DNA of 62,727 nt, from positions 1 to 62,727 of the forward strand of contig JADHWM010000002.1 in assembly GCA_016783485.1 (NCBI GenBank), written 5' to 3'. This document shows positions 58,592 to 62,727 of the stretch, piece by piece (the stretch's first letter is position 1; each line of letters begins with the position of its first letter). The translations under genes and the position numbers were made by a program. The DNA comes from Candidatus Bathyarchaeota archaeon. GTDB lineage: Archaea; Thermoproteota; Bathyarchaeia; TCS64. The notes under the pieces were generated by a model. It made no database searches. It was given only the letters and a program-made list of their open reading frames with translations, and had not been told where the DNA came from.

Positions 58592-59749
58592 ATGATGGCT
58601 GAAAATAATAATTCGGAAAAAAATCCTGATGAGGCATTCGCTTATACCCCAGGCCTCAAGGTGAAGAGGTCGATGATAGTGAGCGAGGAGAGGCGTCTAC
58701 CCCTACTGGGTGACATCCTCGTGGAGAAGGGAGCCAGCGTCTCCTATGACACAATCGTCGCCAAGACAGAGGTCCCCGGGGATCCCGAGCTGGTCAAAGT
58801 TACAGCGATTCTTGGAATCGATCAGAACGAGGTCCATGACTTCCTATTCAAGAAGGAGGGTGACAAGCTCCAGAAAGGAGAAGTCTTCGGCCGTTACAAG
58901 GCGTTCTTCGGCCTCATCAACAGGGAGGTTACATCTCCCCTGGATGGAGAGATCGAGTCGATCTCTAAACTCACAGGCCAAGTCATAATACGTCCGGAAC
59001 CAGTACCGGTGGAGGTGAACGCGTATATCCCCGGAAAAGTCGTCGGGATTATGCCTCGGGAGGGTGTCGTGGTCGCGACCCAGGCCGCGTTCATACAGGG
59101 GATCCTCGGACTTGGGGGGGAGGCTCACGGGGAGGTCAGGATCGTTGTGGATTCTCCCGAGGATGAACTTACCGCTGAACGGATATCCGAGGAAGACAAG
59201 GGACGAATCCTCATCGGAGGGAGCCTCATCACACTCGCGGGTTTCAAAAGAGCTGTGGAGATAGGCGTCGCAGGATTGGTTGCGGGCGGAATGAACTATA
59301 CGGATGTGACTGAAATCATGGGGGAAGCCATAGGCGTTGCCATCACCGGCCATGAGGAGATAGGCACCACTCTGATCATCACAGAGGGTTTTGGTAAAAT
59401 GAACATGTCCACCCGAACCTTCAACCTCTTGAAGAGCTTCGAGGGATACGTAGCCGCAATCAACGGAGCCACACAGATCAGGGCGGGGGTACTCCGGCCT
59501 GAGATCATCATCCCTCACGATGAGAAGGAGGAACTCGAGAAGGAAGGCCTCTCGGCGGGCATGACTTCGGGCACTCCAGTGAGGATCATTAGGGAGCCCA
59601 ACTTCGGAGCTATAGGGAAGGTGGCGAGCCTTCCGGTGGAGCTCATGAGGGTCGAGTCCGGATCAAAGGTTCGGGTCCTGGTGGTTAGACTCGATGATGG
59701 GACAGAGGTCACGATACCTAGAGCGAACGTCGAGATCATCGAGGAGTAA
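58592..59749 (+). CDS. Conserved hypothetical GlmL partner protein
   Basis: Barrel-sandwich-hybrid-like segment (KEGDKLQKGEV...SPLDGEI), TEGFG, RPEIII and a KOW-like C-terminus. Starts 10 nt after glmL. Confidence 0.8.
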   Translation: MMAENNNSEKNPDEAFAYTPGLKVKRSMIVSEERRLPLLGDILVEKGASVSYDTIVAKTEVPGDPELVKVTAILGIDQNEVHDFLFKKEGDKLQKGEVFGRYKAFFGLINREVTSPLDGEIESISKLTGQVIIRPEPVPVEVNAYIPGKVVGIMPREGVVVATQAAFIQGILGLGGEAHGEVRIVVDSPEDELTAERISEEDKGRILIGGSLITLAGFKRAVEIGVAGLVAGGMNYTDVTEIMGEAIGVAITGHEEIGTTLIITEGFGKMNMSTRTFNLLKSFEGYVAAINGATQIRAGVLRPEIIIPHDEKEELEKEGLSAGMTSGTPVRIIREPNFGAIGKVASLPVELMRVESGSKVRVLVVRLDDGTEVTIPRANVEIIEE

Positions 59750-59764
59750 TCTCCTCTTCTCGAG

Positions 59765-59829
59765 TTTTTTTAAGTCGCCCTATATATGGATGGCACGCTC
59801 TATTTTTTTTAAAAAAAATAAAATAAAAA
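59765..59829. terminator. Bidirectional T/A-run terminator
   Basis: T7, then T8-A8 and further A runs between convergent operons. Confidence 0.6.
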
Positions 59830-59849
59830 GGGTTGGATTTTTGCTAGAC

Positions 59850-60470
59850 CTATCCTAGCTGGAGCCACTCCAGCATTAGGAATGCTATTCTGCCTGCGTA
59901 TTGGTTGATCCTTGTGGCGATGGTGTTGGCGAAGGAGTATCCGAATGCTGCCATCATAGCGTAGCGCCCGAAGGTGCTTAGCTTTATGGCTATCGGGCTT
60001 CTCGTAGCCTTTATCGTGAAGATGAAGTACATCATTGCGCTCACCAGGGTCACTACCATGATGAGGTTGTTCAAGCTGGCACCGATGTCCCCCGGCACGT
60101 TGAGGCTCCAGAAGGAGGACTTGATCTGGTCGATGACGCTTCCACCGACGAGGCCACTCATTGCCGTCCCGACGCCGATCCCGACGACGAGTGCAATAGG
60201 GTACCTGTAGATCCAGAAGTTCTCCTTGGAGTACCGTGCGTAGGCCATGATGCCAAGTATCACCGGTATTATGTACAAGATCTGACCTGACATGATCTTT
60301 TGTATAGCGCTGCTGTCGATGCTACCCCATGCCATCACGATGCTGTTGGCTGTAATCACGCCTAGGTAGATGTGCTCCGCCGTCTTGGAGACGGGGGTGT
60401 CCTTCCACGCTAGAGTGGTGATCATTATCGTTAGGATAGCCGAGATCCAGAGTCCGATTACGTCTGCCAT
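59850..60470 (-). CDS. Membrane protein (about 6 helices)
   Basis: KD.P..K.AEHIYLG and GRYAMMAAFG segments; abuts the upstream stop codon. Confidence 0.8.
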   Translation of the reverse strand: MADVIGLWISAILTIMITTLAWKDTPVSKTAEHIYLGVITANSIVMAWGSIDSSAIQKIMSGQILYIIPVILGIMAYARYSKENFWIYRYPIALVVGIGVGTAMSGLVGGSVIDQIKSSFWSLNVPGDIGASLNNLIMVVTLVSAMMYFIFTIKATRSPIAIKLSTFGRYAMMAAFGYSFANTIATRINQYAGRIAFLMLEWLQLG

Positions 60471-61313
60471 CTACTTTTTTCCTCCTTTTGTCATTAAGAA
60501 GCCGATGTTTCCAAGAATCAGGAATATTAGTACCACGAGTCCTCCCATGGTCATCATGTCTGAGAGCTTGATCGCCTCCCCGGCAAAGCCAGATAGGTTT
60601 TCATACTCGGCGGCTCCTATGCCGCCGTTTAGGATCCCATCTAGGTTTATCGGGTAGTAGGGCAGTAACGTGGGCACCATCATCTCGTTCACCTCGGTGA
60701 TGAGTGGAAGATCGTACTGCACTGCAGCCTGTCTAATCCAGCCCTCGATGACATCGCCTCCGGCAGTCCAGATGCCCACCAGAGCGATTTTTTCATGAGT
60801 GGGCGCTCCTAGTTCAGCCATTAAAGGTAGGTCGCTCGTCGGTGTCTGCTGATAGTCTTCAGTGACCAAGCCGTTGATATCCCCCATTAGGCTTGCGTAT
60901 GAGGGCTCGCCTCCGGCTATGAACCCGAGGTGAACCCAGTCTTCGCCATACACGTATCCGCTTGCTTCAGGTTTGACTTTATCCATAAGTCGCCCTACCA
61001 GCATCGGACTTTCAACGGCGGTGCTCATAATGACTAACTTGACTCCTTTCGATATAGCGTGCCTGAACACAGCCACCATCCCAGGTTCCATGAAAGCAAT
61101 GGTTCCCGATTCGTAGCCCATGTTAACAAAGAAGATGTCCCCAGTCTCCAAAACGTCCACAGCCGCATATACATATCTTGTCTGGTCAGAAATTGGTATC
61201 GGGAAGCCGAGAGGATACAATGTGATATAGGCCATCGCTATGATGATTAGGCCGAAGTACAGCCATGTAGGCAGGTTGGCAAGGGTCTTGCCTATTCCAC
61301 CGTTTTCACCCAT
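60471..61313 (-). CDS. Membrane-anchored protein with central alpha/beta domain
   Basis: N- and C-terminal hydrophobic helices; YGEDWVHLGFIAGGE and GAAEYE segments. Confidence 0.8.
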   Translation of the reverse strand: MGENGGIGKTLANLPTWLYFGLIIIAMAYITLYPLGFPIPISDQTRYVYAAVDVLETGDIFFVNMGYESGTIAFMEPGMVAVFRHAISKGVKLVIMSTAVESPMLVGRLMDKVKPEASGYVYGEDWVHLGFIAGGEPSYASLMGDINGLVTEDYQQTPTSDLPLMAELGAPTHEKIALVGIWTAGGDVIEGWIRQAAVQYDLPLITEVNEMMVPTLLPYYPINLDGILNGGIGAAEYENLSGFAGEAIKLSDMMTMGGLVVLIFLILGNIGFLMTKGGKK

Positions 61314-61318
61314 TCACA

Positions 61319-61972
61319 TCAATCCTCCGTGGCTCCAAGGAAGCCCGTCTCCATTGCCAGCAGCGTTCTGACGCCCATCAAAATGCCTCCGAGGCCGACC
61401 CCGATGGTGATAGCCCTGTAAGCGGCCGTAACCACGACGTCAGCGAGCCAGTTCTTGACGGTCATCAGAGCGGGTATGTAGGTTACGAACATCGGCATGT
61501 TACCCATGATGACTACAATGCTGACCACCACAAGTATAGTAGTCTCAGTCGATCTAGCCCTGATCACCCTGTAGGTGGCCGAGGCCAGATAGAACAGTGT
61601 AGCTGCATAGGCTGTCGAGCTCAGGGGGAGGTTGAAGTTGGTGTACATCCACTGGTACGTGTCGCTGCTTCTACCCATGAAGATTCCTACGGCGATCCAG
61701 ATGATCAGTGAGCCGAGTAGCAATACGCTATAGAATACGTCTATCATATTGCCCTGGCTCATGTTCTTCTGGATTCTTCTGGTGTGGATCATCAGAATGT
61801 TGACGCCGGCGAATCCCATCATGAAGGCGACCATCACCGTGTTGAAGTTCGTGATGGTGTTTCCCAGGTCATTCAGTGGTGTCAAGTCAATGAACCAGTT
61901 AGCCGTGATGATGATACCGACAATAAAGGTCAGAGCCAGCGGGATCTGACGCCTAATCGTTCTTTGAGACAT
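61319..61972 (-). CDS. Membrane protein (about 6 helices)
   Basis: FYLASATYRVIRARS and RAITIG..LG segments. Confidence 0.8.
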   Translation of the reverse strand: MSQRTIRRQIPLALTFIVGIIITANWFIDLTPLNDLGNTITNFNTVMVAFMMGFAGVNILMIHTRRIQKNMSQGNMIDVFYSVLLLGSLIIWIAVGIFMGRSSDTYQWMYTNFNLPLSSTAYAATLFYLASATYRVIRARSTETTILVVVSIVVIMGNMPMFVTYIPALMTVKNWLADVVVTAAYRAITIGVGLGGILMGVRTLLAMETGFLGATED

Positions 61973-61978
61973 ATCAAA

Positions 61979-62725
61979 TCACCAAGAGAACAGGTTCAGC
62001 AACGGAGTTGCCATCCCCAAAGTTGACAGTATGACCCCTAGTAAGATGAAGACGATACCGGCTACCTTGAAGTAGTCCTGAGTAGCCATGCTCGCGAGCA
62101 TCTGTGGAGTCTGGTTGATGTATGCACCGACGGCGTAGATCTCCTCTCCGATGAGGTTCATGTCACAGACAGCAGCAAAGAAGGGGATCTGGTATAGCCT
62201 ACCAGTTCCGCCAATCTGCACCGCCCCGACCATCCCAAAAGCCTCTGCGACCTGGACCGATTCATGCCAGAATGCCCCGATGAGTAAGCCCGTTGCGGGC
62301 TTTTGCCTGAGGATCAAAGCCACCATGGATGCCTGAGTCTGCAGCCATGGTAGATGCTCTTCCCTATTAGCAAGGTACTCATCGAGTTTTCCTTCGAGTC
62401 TGTACGCTGTTCTCAGAACCTCATCTGCTACCGGCACGACGCTCGAGGAACGCATTGACGCAATGATCATTGTGCCATGTCTGGCGCAGATCCTTGCGGC
62501 GTGTCCTAGAACGGCGAGACCGGCCATGATCATCGGTGCGATCGAGCTCTGCATGCCCGAGTTGCCCGAGCCGAAGCCCTGGCATACCACGGGGCGACCC
62601 ATCTCGGCTGCCCTGCCTACGGCCTCTTCGATGAAGTCGAGGGCGGGGAGCCTACGGATCCAGATCTCTTTCTTGCTGTAGATTAGGTATAACGCGACAG
62701 CCCATATTCCTGCAAGTGTTACTAG
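61979..62725 (-). CDS. DUF6754-like protein, 5'-truncated by the window edge
   Basis: Frame is open to the window end: IRRLPALDFIEEAVGRAAEMGRPV...QIPFFAAVCD..LIGEEIYA.GAY. Confidence 0.75.
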   Translation of the reverse strand, partial: LVTLAGIWAVALYLIYSKKEIWIRRLPALDFIEEAVGRAAEMGRPVVCQGFGSGNSGMQSSIAPMIMAGLAVLGHAARICARHGTMIIASMRSSSVVPVADEVLRTAYRLEGKLDEYLANREEHLPWLQTQASMVALILRQKPATGLLIGAFWHESVQVAEAFGMVGAVQIGGTGRLYQIPFFAAVCDMNLIGEEIYAVGAYINQTPQMLASMATQDYFKVAGIVFILLGVILSTLGMATPLLNLFSW

Positions 62726-62727
62726 AT

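Noticed and set aside
1..62727. Genome-wide TGA recoding
   Set aside because: TGA ends many genes at their expected C-termini, often in ATGA or GTGA overlaps, and Trp is encoded by TGG throughout.

Overview
Archaeal chromosomal segment, probably Bathyarchaeia. This is inferred from the membrane-anchored LonB-type protease, T-run terminators, TATA-like promoters and gene families recalled from that lineage. All family calls come from motif recognition, not database searches. Layout: (1) 1-28263 is a co-directional surface-glycosylation locus with six GT4 glycosyltransferases, a deacetylase, three methyltransferases, three GT-C-like membrane proteins, a UbiA/SDR/PHP module, three tandem radical SAM enzymes, two nucleotidyltransferases, a phosphodiesterase, a kinase, an exosortase/archaeosortase and a CPBP protease. 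(2) 28437-34261 holds a small membrane protein and two large surface proteins that share a helical domain. (3) 34586-43036 holds LonB, CapA, a methyltransferase, an LLM oxidoreductase and two MFS transporters. (4) 43017-48200 is a plastic region with GCGCGC-ended mobile-element remnants, duplications, pseudogenes and a T-loop hairpin. (5) 48206-62727 is a peptide/D-amino-acid catabolic neighbourhood ending in an uncharacterised module of a GlmL-type ATPase, its partner and four membrane genes (one DUF6754-like). That module is the best candidate for an undescribed system. No rRNA, complete tRNA or CRISPR array was seen.
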